Part shown: in pieces, positions 10,424 through 19,948 of the stretch | Layout of the letters: every line of letters starts with the position of its first letter | Position numbering within the stretch: the first letter of the stretch is position 1 | Source of the DNA: Thermoanaerobaculia bacterium | GTDB lineage: Bacteria > Acidobacteriota > Thermoanaerobaculia > Multivoradales > UBA5704 | Assembly: GCA_044226625.1 (NCBI GenBank) | Contig: JBGAGQ010000001.1 | Coordinates: 160,001-224,000 of the forward strand | Direction: 5' to 3' | Length of the DNA: 64,000 nt | The notes under the pieces: generated by a model | What the model was told of the DNA's origin: nothing | Database searches by the model: none | Seen by the model: the letters and a program-made list of their open reading frames with translations, nothing else | Made by a program: the position numbers and the translations under genes

Positions 10424-11346
10424 CCGATCCGCACCCCGAGCGCCCGCCACTCCTCGGCGGCCTTCGGGGGAAGCCCCTCGCCGGTCGGGAAGACTGTGTG
10501 CAGCCGGTCGAACGGCAGGCGAGAGCGGGAGAACGGGACACGCTGGGCGCGCCGTGCGCGCTCGAACAGCTCGACCAGCTCGACCGCGGAGCCGAGATGA
10601 ACAGTCGACCGCCCCCAGGCGGCGCTCGCCGCGCGGGCGGAAGGATCGGGCTCGAACAGGCAGGCGGCCCCGGAGCGAACGGCCCAATCGAGGAACGGCC
10701 GCTCAGCGAGCGCTCGCGACGGGGAGCCGACCACCGCGATCTCCCGCCGGGAAGAGAAAGACGGCGCCGGATTCGCGGCCACAGGGCGCTCGAACCGCTT
10801 CGCCGCCTCGGCGATTTCCTCCGGCGTGGCGATCCGGGCGCATCCGTCCGCTTCGATCAAAGCGCCGCCGTCTCCGTTCCGATCCGGTAGGACGCCGGAT
10901 AGGGTGAGCGGATCGGGCATTTCGACCGTCGGTACGGTCGCGCTCGGCGCGAAACCGGGCAGGGAGACGAACGCCCGTGCGCCGAGGCGCGCGAGCTCGG
11001 GATCGCGCTCGGGTTCAGAATCGAGGGGGCCGACCGGCACCGCGGCGCGGCCGGTCGCCCGGATCGCTAGATCGACGAGCAGGGAGGAGAGGCCCGCGGT
11101 CGCGGGAAAGCCGACCGGCACCCCGGAGGGAAGCCCGGCGAGCCGGCTACCGACACCGCCGACCCGCTCGGCCGTCTCCCGGTAGGAAAGCCAGCGCCAA
11201 TCGAGCCCGCGAACGAAGAAGAGGAACGGCCGCTCCGGCGTTGCGGCCGCCGCCCTCGCGAGCGCGGCAATCATGCCGAGCGGGTCGATCCCGTTGGGCG
11301 CCTCGGGTGCGCTGAGCGCCTCAGGCAACCCGGACTGCCGAGGCAT
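10420..11346 (-). CDS. Hypothetical protein, degenerate AMP-binding-like N-terminus
   Basis: ARAAAATPERPFLFF..WRWLSYRE resembles adenylate-forming enzymes, but there is no TSGTTG motif. Stop overlaps the queG start. Confidence 0.55.
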   Translation of the reverse strand: MPRQSGLPEALSAPEAPNGIDPLGMIAALARAAAATPERPFLFFVRGLDWRWLSYRETAERVGGVGSRLAGLPSGVPVGFPATAGLSSLLVDLAIRATGRAAVPVGPLDSEPERDPELARLGARAFVSLPGFAPSATVPTVEMPDPLTLSGVLPDRNGDGGALIEADGCARIATPEEIAEAAKRFERPVAANPAPSFSSRREIAVVGSPSRALAERPFLDWAVRSGAACLFEPDPSARAASAAWGRSTVHLGSAVELVELFERARRAQRVPFSRSRLPFDRLHTVFPTGEGLPPKAAEEWRALGVRIG

Positions 11347-11365
11347 GGGGCTATCCGTCCGGTGC

Positions 11366-11644
11366 CTACCCGGAGGCCTTCTTCATAGCGGCGGTCATCT
11401 TCGTTTCGATGACGCCGCGCATCATGCTTGCCGGGGGCCCGAGGTGGGCGCGCCCGACCAGCTTGCCCGGTTCGAGGGCGATCGTCCCTTTCGCCCCGGG
11501 GCCCGAGAGGTTGCAGACCTCCCCCTCCCAGGTCCATTTGAGCATGCCGCCGGGGAACTGCGCCTTGAGCGCCGCGTCGAGGGCCGGGCGCACTTCCGAC
11601 ATCGAAGCCTTCTCGGTCGGCGTCTCCAAAGTCATGTCGCTCAT
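11366..11644 (-). CDS. Small hypothetical protein (possibly polyhydroxyalkanoic-acid-system family)
   Basis: MSDMTLETP...LKWTWEGEVCNLSGPGAKGTI...MMRGVIETKM, about 92 aa, coding-like codon use. Confidence 0.55.
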   Translation of the reverse strand: MSDMTLETPTEKASMSEVRPALDAALKAQFPGGMLKWTWEGEVCNLSGPGAKGTIALEPGKLVGRAHLGPPASMMRGVIETKMTAAMKKASG

Positions 11645-11746
11645 GGCGCGAGACGGTACCACAGGGTGGTCGCTCGGGACCTTCGCGGGAGCCCCGCGAC
11701 CCCGTCGCGTTGACGACGCCTCGGGCGCTTCATAGGATCGACGCCC

Positions 11747-12829
11747 ATGTCTTCGGCAAAAGCGTTTCGAGTGGTCTGCCTCCTCGCGATCCTGGGGGCC
11801 GGCGCGGTGAGTGCCGCGTTCGCCGTGCCAGCGATCGTCCAGGGCCAGGGAGGAGCGCGCCTCCTCCTCGATTCCGGGGCGCTCGTCGACCTCCAGCGGG
11901 CACCCGGCCTCCCCCGGGGGACGACCTTCGAGTCGGCCACCGGAACCGACGCTTCCTGGATCGCGCTCGGCTCCCGCCGGACGGGCGAGCGGCAGCAGCT
12001 GGTCCTCCTCGCCGGGCAAGGGGCCACGGGCACGCCGCGGGTACTCCCCGCGCCTCCCTCCGGGGCTCCGATCCAGGCCCACGCGATCCCTCTACTGGCC
12101 GGGCGGGCGCTCGAAGGGTTGGCCTGGTTCGAGGGGACGGATCAGCGCTCGTTCGCGGTCAAAGCGGCGCGTTACCGAGCCGGACGCTGGACGTCCGTTC
12201 GAACGATCTCGCCTCCGGGACCGGGAAGCCAGCTCGCGTTGACCACAGCACGCCTCTCGGACGGCTCGTACGCGCTCGCCTGGAGCGCTTTCGACGGCGA
12301 GGACGACGAGATCCTCTGGAGCCGCGGGCGAGTCGGGGGCGGCTGGACCGCGCCGCGGCCGGCCGCCGAGGGCAATCGGGTGCCAGACATCACGCCCGCG
12401 CTGGTCGCGACCGGCTCCGGCGTGCTCCTCGCCTGGTGCCGTTTCGACGGCAACGATTACCGGGTCGTGACCGCCACCCTCGCCGGCGAGCGCCTCGACC
12501 ATTGGACGGCGGCGCGAGCGGTCGGCGGCCCGGGGTCGGTCTTCCCGACGCTCGAGCGCTCGGAGGATGCCGTCCGCCTGCTCGCGAAGACCGCTGTGCC
12601 CCGCGGCTGGCTGGCGATCGAGCTCGACGCGCAAGGCCGACCGATGCGCCGCGCCGCGATCTCGACCGCCGGAACCCCGGTGGCCGACCGCACCGACCGG
12701 CCGCGTTTGCTCCCCACCGCGGCCGGCGCCGTTACCTTCCGCTTCGCCGATCTCGGCGAGGACGGCCCCGACAGCCGACGGAAACGTGCGGACCTCGACC
12801 TCTCGGCCCGCTGGAGCGAAGAGCCATGA
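11747..12829 (+). CDS. Secreted hypothetical protein (beta-rich repeats)
   Basis: Signal peptide, repeated LAWSxFDG..D motifs, coupled to the next gene. Confidence 0.7.
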   Translation: MSSAKAFRVVCLLAILGAGAVSAAFAVPAIVQGQGGARLLLDSGALVDLQRAPGLPRGTTFESATGTDASWIALGSRRTGERQQLVLLAGQGATGTPRVLPAPPSGAPIQAHAIPLLAGRALEGLAWFEGTDQRSFAVKAARYRAGRWTSVRTISPPGPGSQLALTTARLSDGSYALAWSAFDGEDDEILWSRGRVGGGWTAPRPAAEGNRVPDITPALVATGSGVLLAWCRFDGNDYRVVTATLAGERLDHWTAARAVGGPGSVFPTLERSEDAVRLLAKTAVPRGWLAIELDAQGRPMRRAAISTAGTPVADRTDRPRLLPTAAGAVTFRFADLGEDGPDSRRKRADLDLSARWSEEP

Positions 12830-13989
12830 GCCGCGCGGCGCTTCCGATCACCGCGCTCCTCGGCGCGGCGCTGCTGCTGCCTGCTCCCGGCCGAGCGCAG
12901 AATCGCTACATCGCGTTCGGCGACAGCATCACCTTCGGCGTCGGCGACGACTCGACCCGTCCGCGTTCGGAGATGGGCTACCCGGGCCGCCTGGACGAGC
13001 TGCTGGCCACGCGCGGCATTCCGGGCGCGACGGTGATCAACGCGGGCCTGGGCAACGAGGCGACGACCGAGGCGGTGACCCGCATCGACCAGGTGCTGGG
13101 AGACAACCGGGCCGACGTCCTCCTGCTGATGGAAGGGACGAACGACATCAACGCCCAGGTGTCGGTCGAGACCATCACGTTCAACCTCCAACGCATCGCG
13201 ACCAAGGCAGAAGCGGCCGGGCTCCGGGTGATCCACGGCACGATCATCCCCCGGTTGCCGAGCGCCAACCGGGACGGCGACAACCGCATTGCCGCGCAGC
13301 TCGCCGCCTCGCTGCGAAACCTCGCGTGGAGCGAGCGGCGCAGCCTCGCGGATCCGTTCGAGGTCTTCCTCTATCAGACCCCCAACGCGTTCACCACGCT
13401 TTACGTCGGCGGCGACGACAAGCTCCACCCGAACGCCGCCGGCTACGACAAGCTCGCCGAGGTCTGGGCCGACCAGATCGCCGCGATCGACAAGGTGCCG
13501 CCGGTGGTTGGCTCGGTCGCCCCGGCGGACCGGTCCTCGGACGTTCCCGCCGACGTCACCCTCCGGCTCGGCCTGCTCGATTTCGGCAAGGGGATCGATC
13601 TCGCTTCGACCCGGGTGGTCGTCAACGGCCAAGAGGTAGGCGCCCTCGTCTCCGGCGACTCGCAGCGGGCGGAGATCAGCTACCGTCCCACGATGCCGTT
13701 TTCGGGCGTCGTCACATTCGGGTTTCGCTCCCGCGACCTCGCGAACCCCGCCAACACGGTCGACCGCGAGGTGTCGCGGTTCATCATCGCCGGCACCCAG
13801 TTCCTCACCGGCGACATCGACCAGGACGGCCGGGTGGACGGCGAGGACATGATCCTCCTCGCCCTCGCGTTCGGGTCCCGTCGCGGCGAAACCCGCTTCC
13901 TGCGCGCCGCCGACTTCGACGGCAACAGCGTGGTCGACGGCCTCGACCTGGCCGCGCTGTCGGCGAATTTCGGCCAGCGAACGTTCTAG
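12826..13989 (+). CDS. Secreted SGNH/GDSL hydrolase with Ig-like and dockerin-like C-terminus
   Basis: FGDSIT, GTND, DKLHPN. C-terminus GDIDQDGRVDGED..DFDGNSVVDGLD. Confidence 0.85.
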   Translation: MSRAALPITALLGAALLLPAPGRAQNRYIAFGDSITFGVGDDSTRPRSEMGYPGRLDELLATRGIPGATVINAGLGNEATTEAVTRIDQVLGDNRADVLLLMEGTNDINAQVSVETITFNLQRIATKAEAAGLRVIHGTIIPRLPSANRDGDNRIAAQLAASLRNLAWSERRSLADPFEVFLYQTPNAFTTLYVGGDDKLHPNAAGYDKLAEVWADQIAAIDKVPPVVGSVAPADRSSDVPADVTLRLGLLDFGKGIDLASTRVVVNGQEVGALVSGDSQRAEISYRPTMPFSGVVTFGFRSRDLANPANTVDREVSRFIIAGTQFLTGDIDQDGRVDGEDMILLALAFGSRRGETRFLRAADFDGNSVVDGLDLAALSANFGQRTF

Positions 13990-14031
13990 CCGGGCGCTGC
14001 CGGTCTCCCGACCGATCGCCCGACGGCCCTC

Positions 14032-14436
14032 ATGCCCGGATATTCAGGCACCCCGCTGGTGGGCAAGCTCGGGATCAAACCGGGCGCCCAGGTCTTCCTC
14101 TCCGGCGCGCCGGAGGATTACCTCGCACTCGTCTCCCCCTTGCCCGAAGGGGTGAGCTTCGCCCCGAAGGTCTCGGCGAAAACGGCGTTCGTCCATCACT
14201 TTTCAACCCGCGCAGCCGAGCTGGCCAAAGCGCTCGCCGACTACCGGAAAAAGCTCGGTCCCGAATCGGTGGTCTGGGTCTCGTGGCCGAAGAAGGCGTC
14301 GAAGGTGCCGACCGACATCACCGAGGACTCGATCCGCGAGATCGCCCTGCCGCTCGGCTGGGTAGACGTCAAAGTCTGCGCGGTGACCGACGTCTGGTCG
14401 GGCCTGAAGCTCGTCGTGCGCAAAGAGCTGCGGTAG
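14032..14436 (+). CDS. DUF3052-family protein
   Basis: GYSGTPLxxKLGIK, WVSWPKKAS, VDVKVCAV..WSGLK. Confidence 0.8.
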   Translation: MPGYSGTPLVGKLGIKPGAQVFLSGAPEDYLALVSPLPEGVSFAPKVSAKTAFVHHFSTRAAELAKALADYRKKLGPESVVWVSWPKKASKVPTDITEDSIREIALPLGWVDVKVCAVTDVWSGLKLVVRKELR

Positions 14437-14440
14437 GCCT

Positions 14441-15175
14441 TCAGGGCAGCCGGCGCGCCACGAGGTCCTGGCCGTTCTGGCGGAACTTCAACGACCGTAC
14501 GGTACCTTCCCCGTCTCGGACGAACGACACGCGCCATCCCTGGCCCGGCGCGAAGAAGGTCGATGCGTCCTCGGCTTCGAGCGCTTCCTTCTCGAGACCG
14601 GTCGATTGCACGAACAACCGAGCCCCTTCGCGAGTCACCGTGTCGACCAGGCCCGGGGCGTACTCGTAGCGTCCGACGTACGCGTCGAGGATGGACGCCG
14701 CCACGGGAACCGTCGGCGGATCCGAGGGATTGACGACGTCCGCCCCACCGATCAGCTTCCAAGTCCCTTCGCGGTGGAGGTAGGTCTCCGTGCGCCATAG
14801 GTCGAGGTCGAGCCTCTGCGCGCCGATCTCGGTGAATTCGGTGATCCGGTAGCGCGCGATCGCCACCTCGCCGTGAGTCCGGACGCTCCAATCGCGGATC
14901 TCGCCGTAGCCATTGCGGACCGGGGCCGGGCGCGCCAGGATCTCCTTGACCAGCCCCTCACGGGTCGAGCCCGCGCACACACAAACCGGATCCACGTAGC
15001 TCTTCCAGGCCTCGACGTCGCGACGCGCGTAGGCGTCCAGCCGCTCGCGGACCAACTGCCGGAGATTCTCCGCGGAGGGCGCGCTCGGAGCTTTCGCGGC
15101 ACGCAGCGGCAGCGATGGGATCCCCAGGCCAATTCCGAGGCACAAGGTGAGACCGAAACGCCGGATCGTGCTCAT
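14441..15175 (-). CDS. Secreted NTF2-like (DUF4440) + DUF3471-like protein
   Basis: Signal peptide, VRTHGEVAI..TETYLHREGTWKL, LDAYVGRYE. Confidence 0.7.
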   Translation of the reverse strand: MSTIRRFGLTLCLGIGLGIPSLPLRAAKAPSAPSAENLRQLVRERLDAYARRDVEAWKSYVDPVCVCAGSTREGLVKEILARPAPVRNGYGEIRDWSVRTHGEVAIARYRITEFTEIGAQRLDLDLWRTETYLHREGTWKLIGGADVVNPSDPPTVPVAASILDAYVGRYEYAPGLVDTVTREGARLFVQSTGLEKEALEAEDASTFFAPGQGWRVSFVRDGEGTVRSLKFRQNGQDLVARRLP

Positions 15176-15420
15176 CGAACGTCCTCCCAAGTCGCGATCG
15201 AGCCGATCGGAGGTCGGCCGGTCGAGGCGGGAATCCTACGACGGATGCCGTCCGTCCACCGTCCGGCTCCGCCCCTGACTCCTCGACGGCAGGGCCCATC
15301 CCACGCGCCCGAGCGACGCCAGGCCCGCACAGCTCGTAAGTAAAGGCAGAGACCCGACCGGCCGGCGGTATGCGAGGGATTCGCCCCGCGTCCCACCGAG
15401 CCCTCTTTCGAGGATCGAAC

Positions 15421-16647
15421 ATGCCCATGCGCACTCTCCCAAGCCCGAGCTCCCTGACCGCCATCGGTGTGCTCGCCTGCCTCGCCGCAGCCCCGGCACC
15501 GGCTCAAGCTCCCCTGCGACAGGCGGTCCTGTCGACCCAACCCGCGAGCACGGCGGGTTTCGCCTCGGTACCGGGAGGCGTGGCGGTCACCTGGTCGGAA
15601 ACCCGTCCGGATCGACCGTTGCCACGCAACGTTCTGCGCGCCGTCCGCCTCGACGAACGTCTCTCGACCCGGCTCTCCTTCGCCGTCGCGAACGACCGAA
15701 GCGGGCCCGAGACCTACTTTCAGTGCCCGGTGGTGGCGCGGGTCGGCGAGGACCGGATGGTGTTCGCCTGGTTGGCGACGACCACGGCCGGGCGGCGGAT
15801 CGCCTATCGAATGACGACTCTCGACGGCGCTCTCGCCTCGCCGGTGCGCTACGCCGAGAAAGAGACGCCGGAACGCGACGCGTTCTGTCCCCAGGTCGAC
15901 GGCTGGACGGGAGGTTTCGCGCTGTCCTGGCCGAGCGGCCCACGGACGGGCCCCCTCATCTCGTTCTATGCCCGGTCTTTCGATCGAAACGGAGCGCCCG
16001 TCTCCCCACGCGTGCAGATGCAGGCCGAAGCTCCGGCCGTCGGCTTTCCGGCAGGTATCGCGGTCGATCGCCGGGGCCATTTCACAGTTTCGTGGACGAT
16101 CCTCGGTCCCGGCGGAAGCTTCCCCGCCCGGTTGCGGATGAGGCGTTTCCTGCGGAACGGAATCCCGACCGCGGGCCCGATCGACGTGTCGACTCGGACG
16201 ACCGAAAGCGCCGCGCTCAGCCGGTTCGGCCGGGGCGCCCACGAAGGGGTGGAGATTGTCTGGCGCAGCCCGACCGAGAGCGGCCCGGGGTCGATTCGGG
16301 TCCAACGCTTCGACCGGCAGCTCCGGCCGCTCGCCCCCTCCCGCGAGGTGGCCCGCAGCGGGGTCTTCGGGCTGCCGGTCCTGCGGGTCGACGACGCGGG
16401 GCGGAGCGCGATCGGCTGGGAGCCCGAAGGGACCCGGCAGAATGGCCTCTTCGTCGACGCAACGCTCGCCCCGTGCGGCCGGCCGTTCCCGCTACAGATC
16501 GATCGCGCGGTGAGCGCCGTCAACCTCGCGTTCTCCGCGCGCGACCAGATCGCGGCGGGTTTGGTCGAAGAAAACGCGCAGAACATCCGCCGGCTCGTCG
16601 TGCGCAGCTACTCCCTCTCCTCATGCCCCGAGGGCGGCGTGCCGTAG
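15421..16647 (+). CDS. Secreted hypothetical protein with beta-strand repeats
   Basis: Long ORF, signal peptide, repeated V-x-W...R-x-F-D-x-x-G motifs. Confidence 0.6.
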   Translation: MPMRTLPSPSSLTAIGVLACLAAAPAPAQAPLRQAVLSTQPASTAGFASVPGGVAVTWSETRPDRPLPRNVLRAVRLDERLSTRLSFAVANDRSGPETYFQCPVVARVGEDRMVFAWLATTTAGRRIAYRMTTLDGALASPVRYAEKETPERDAFCPQVDGWTGGFALSWPSGPRTGPLISFYARSFDRNGAPVSPRVQMQAEAPAVGFPAGIAVDRRGHFTVSWTILGPGGSFPARLRMRRFLRNGIPTAGPIDVSTRTTESAALSRFGRGAHEGVEIVWRSPTESGPGSIRVQRFDRQLRPLAPSREVARSGVFGLPVLRVDDAGRSAIGWEPEGTRQNGLFVDATLAPCGRPFPLQIDRAVSAVNLAFSARDQIAAGLVEENAQNIRRLVVRSYSLSSCPEGGVP

Positions 16648-16664
16648 CTTTGGCTACCCGCCGA

Positions 16665-17057
16665 CTAAACGGCTTTCGCAGCCCGGGTAATCAGCTCCTC
16701 GAGGACTCCCAGGTCGACGTCGGCGAGCCGCTTCAGATAGAGGCACGACCCCTTGCTGCGCTTGTGCTTGCCCAGGCGAGCGAGAAGCTCCTCGTCCAGG
16801 CTCACGTAGAGCGTCAGGTCCGACTTCCGCGGGGAGAATGCCACGACCGGCCAGTCGTTCTCTTTCCCGTCGGCGTATTTCATCCGGTAGGAACCGAAGC
16901 CGACGATGCTCGGCCCCCACATGACCGGTCGCTCGCCGGTCGCCTTCTCGAACATGCGAACCAGGGCGCGGCAGTCCTCGCGGCGGGAATCTGGGGCCTG
17001 GGCGGCGATGAAATCGTCGACGCTCGCGTCGGTCGGTCGGGTCTTCGGCTCGGGCAT
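16665..17057 (-). CDS. DUF1801 (YdhG-like) protein
   Basis: MWGPSIVGFGSY, FSPRK, GKH..KGSCLY.KRL. Confidence 0.85.
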   Translation of the reverse strand: MPEPKTRPTDASVDDFIAAQAPDSRREDCRALVRMFEKATGERPVMWGPSIVGFGSYRMKYADGKENDWPVVAFSPRKSDLTLYVSLDEELLARLGKHKRSKGSCLYLKRLADVDLGVLEELITRAAKAV

Positions 17058-17087
17058 GCGGGGTCTCCTCCGTCGTTCAAATCGCGG

Positions 17088-17426
17088 TCACGCGGACCGC
17101 GCCTGGGAAAACTCGGATTCGAGCCGCCAGAAGCTCCGCTCCGGCGGGCCTTCGAACAGGTCTCCGGCTTTCACCTTGAACGCCAGAAGATGCGGCGTCT
17201 CGAGATGCGGTCCGAGATAGGCCTCGCGGCTCGTCCACTCCTCGACGAGGAGGATGCGCGCGGGGTCCGCCGGATCCCGGAGGAGGCGGATCGCGAAGCA
17301 GTCGGGCTCCAGCGCGACCACCGTGGCGATCAGGTCGGTCAGCTCGCTGACGGCGGTGTCCACCCCCTCGGGCCGAGCCCGATAGGCGATGACGACGATG
17401 GTGGGCGGAATCGCCGCTTCGCTCAT
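17088..17426 (-). CDS. Antibiotic biosynthesis monooxygenase (ABM)-family protein
   Basis: EPDC..LLRDPADPARILLVEEWTSREAY..HLETPH. Confidence 0.8.
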   Translation of the reverse strand: MSEAAIPPTIVVIAYRARPEGVDTAVSELTDLIATVVALEPDCFAIRLLRDPADPARILLVEEWTSREAYLGPHLETPHLLAFKVKAGDLFEGPPERSFWRLESEFSQARSA

Positions 17427-18412
17427 GGGCGGCACGCGTAGGGCGACTGGGCGAGGGCCGCGGCGTAGATCGCATGGGCCTCGGCGGTCGGGTGGGGGTC
17501 TTCGTGGCTCACCCAATATCGCTCGCCGGGGCCGGGCGGAAACTCGTGCGAAGGGTCGATCACCTCGAAGCCGTTCGCCTTCGCGAGCTCGGCGACCCGG
17601 CCGAACAGCCCCTTGAACGGGCCGAAGTCCTTCGGCTCGTGCAGCTCCGGCAGCAGCAGCACCGTCCCGGGGATGCCGTCCTGGCGAAGGATCTCCCCGA
17701 GCTGGGCCATCTCGCGCTTCGTCGCCTCCCAGCCAGGCAGGCCGTCCTTGTAGAGGCCCTGATAGTACGGCTCGTAATGCTGGTAGGGACCGGAGAGGCG
17801 TTGCATGCGCGCCGACGCCAAGGAGATCAGCGAAGAGTGCCAAAAGAACGGGTTGAAGTTGGGCACCGGGTCGGCCTCTGCGTCGTTGTAGGAGTAGCCG
17901 AGGATCACCCATTTCGGCTTCATCGGCCGGAGGCGAGCCTCGTATCGCTTCACCTCCATCGAGGTGTTGCAGTTACCGATGCCGGCGTTCAAGACGGTCG
18001 CCCGCGGCGCCCCCTCCTTCGGGCACTGGACCGCGAGCAGGCGCTCGAGCTGCGCGGGGAACGTGTCCTTCTCCGCCGCACCCCAGCCGAACGTCACCGA
18101 ATCCCCGAGGGCGATCACCAGGCGGTCGTCCTTCGTGCGCCCGGCTTCGGTCGCCGGATCGGCGCGGCGGTTTCCCGCCTCGTCGGTGCGAACGGTGACC
18201 CCCATCAGCAGCTCGTCCGCGTTCGGCCGGTGCTCCTCGACCACGCCGGGAACGTCGGACTCGATCTTGATCAACTTGGCGTAGCGCCACATCTCGACGT
18301 CGAAGACGTGGAACGAGTACTTGGAGAGGAGCCGGAGCGCGACCTCGGCGACGAGCAGGGTCACGAACAGGCTGATCGACAGGACGAGAAGGCTTTTGAG
18401 CAGTTTGTTCAC
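17423..18412 (-). CDS. Membrane-anchored SGNH/GDSL hydrolase
   Basis: N-terminal TM helix, LGDSVTFGWG, YND, DPHP. Confidence 0.85.
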   Translation of the reverse strand: MNKLLKSLLVLSISLFVTLLVAEVALRLLSKYSFHVFDVEMWRYAKLIKIESDVPGVVEEHRPNADELLMGVTVRTDEAGNRRADPATEAGRTKDDRLVIALGDSVTFGWGAAEKDTFPAQLERLLAVQCPKEGAPRATVLNAGIGNCNTSMEVKRYEARLRPMKPKWVILGYSYNDAEADPVPNFNPFFWHSSLISLASARMQRLSGPYQHYEPYYQGLYKDGLPGWEATKREMAQLGEILRQDGIPGTVLLLPELHEPKDFGPFKGLFGRVAELAKANGFEVIDPSHEFPPGPGERYWVSHEDPHPTAEAHAIYAAALAQSPYACRP

Positions 18413-18649
18413 CGAAGACCTCGAGGGTACGGCGGAGGGTCCCGCCAGGTGAGTTCAGGACCGCCGAACGATAGCTCAACTCGGGTTCGGCACCCCACCC
18501 CGACGCCGGACGGACTTCCTCCGTAGACCTAGGTATAAAAGGGGTACTTCTCGTTGATCGGGGGCTCGGCATTCCGAGCCCCCCCGATCTTTCGGTTCCG
18601 AGCCGCCCCAGCCCCCCTCCACCGGCGGGCGCGGCGGTATGATGCGGTC

Positions 18650-19405
18650 ATGCCGCTTTCCGTCGTCACCTGGAACGTCAACGGCGTCCGCGCGCGCGCC
18701 GAGCAGGTGCTCGCGCTGCTCGCCAACGATCGGCCGGACGTGCTCTGTCTGCAAGAGATCAAAGCCGTGCCGGAGAAGGTCCCCGCCCCTTTGATCGACC
18801 ACCCGGGCTACTGGTCTCTCTGGCACGGAGCCGGGGGGTATTCGGGCGTTTCGCTTCTCCTCGCCAAGGCGCGCTTTCCAGAGACCCCAAAATTCGAGCA
18901 TCCGGCGTTCGACATGGAGACCCGCGTCGTCACCGCCGAGGCGGAGGGGATGCTGTTCGCCTCGATCTACGTACCGAACGGCGGCAAGGACTACGCGGCG
19001 AAGATCGCGTTCCTCCACCAGATGCGCGATTGGGCGGGGACACTGCGGGAAAACGAGCGGCCGACATTCCTCTGCGGTGACTTCAACATCGCGCGTGAGC
19101 TACGCGATGTCCATCCGAAGGAACGGAAGCCGGATCAGATCGGCACCCGCCCTGAGGAGCGCGCTTTGCTCGAAGAGATCTTCGGCCACGGATTGACGGA
19201 CGTTGGCCGAGCCCTCGATCCGGACAACGACAATCTCTTCACCTGGTGGGCGCCCTGGCGCAACCTTCGGCAGAGGAACATCGGCTGGCGGATCGACTAC
19301 GTGGCAGCCAGCCACGCCGCCGCCGCCCAGGCGACCGGAAGCCGGGTGCTGGCCGATTACGGCACCAGCGACCACGCTCCCGTAGTAGCCGAGTTCGGGC
19401 TCTGA
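18650..19405 (+). CDS. xth: Exodeoxyribonuclease III
   Basis: TWNVNGVR, LQE, YVPNG, GDFN, GWRIDY, SDHAP. Confidence 0.93.
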   Translation: MPLSVVTWNVNGVRARAEQVLALLANDRPDVLCLQEIKAVPEKVPAPLIDHPGYWSLWHGAGGYSGVSLLLAKARFPETPKFEHPAFDMETRVVTAEAEGMLFASIYVPNGGKDYAAKIAFLHQMRDWAGTLRENERPTFLCGDFNIARELRDVHPKERKPDQIGTRPEERALLEEIFGHGLTDVGRALDPDNDNLFTWWAPWRNLRQRNIGWRIDYVAASHAAAAQATGSRVLADYGTSDHAPVVAEFGL

Positions 19406-19481
19406 GCCCGACACCCGAGACGCCAAGCGTCTGCGGGACGTCATGTTTCGGTAAGACGAGAACCGCTATCATCAGTCCGTC

Positions 19482-19850
19482 ATGCCCCGCCGCATCGCCG
19501 GAGCCCTGACGCTCCTCACCCTGGTCGCCGCGGTGTTCGCGTCCGCTCCGGCGGTCGCCGCGGACGACTGCTGCGGTAAGGCTTGCTTCTGCCGGCATGA
19601 GACCGCGGCGGCGCGCGGCGCATCCTGCGCGCTCCGCAAGGGGAATCCGTGCGGCGTCCGGCACCCTCTGCCGGCGGCTCGCGCGAGCGCACCCGAGCGT
19701 CCCGCCCTTCCGCTCAAGCGGGAGGCGTCGCTCCTGCCTCCCCTCGAGCCGTCGCCTCTCCGAGGCCTGCGATCGCAGCCTCGCACGAGCGCACCGCCGG
19801 ATGATCCAGCCACTCCGCCGCCGCGCCCCCTCTCCTCCGTCGCCGCCTGA
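19482..19850 (+). CDS. Small exported Cys-rich protein with C-terminal PPPRP (DUF2946/CruR/CutF-like leader)
   Basis: Signal peptide, DDCCGKACFCRH, CALRKGNPC, ends DPATPPPRPLSSVAA. Confidence 0.65.
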   Translation: MPRRIAGALTLLTLVAAVFASAPAVAADDCCGKACFCRHETAAARGASCALRKGNPCGVRHPLPAARASAPERPALPLKREASLLPPLEPSPLRGLRSQPRTSAPPDDPATPPPRPLSSVAA

Positions 19851-19948
19851 ACCTCGTCCCCGCGCACCGTTGTCGAGGCCGGTCTCCCGGTCCCTGCCTG
19901 CGCGCGCGGAAACTCGTTCAACAGTTTTCGATCTCGGAGGAGATCTCC

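Noticed and set aside
18556-18592. Hairpin between the divergent SGNH and xth genes as an ncRNA
   Set aside because: A single G/C-run stem with no further supporting structure.
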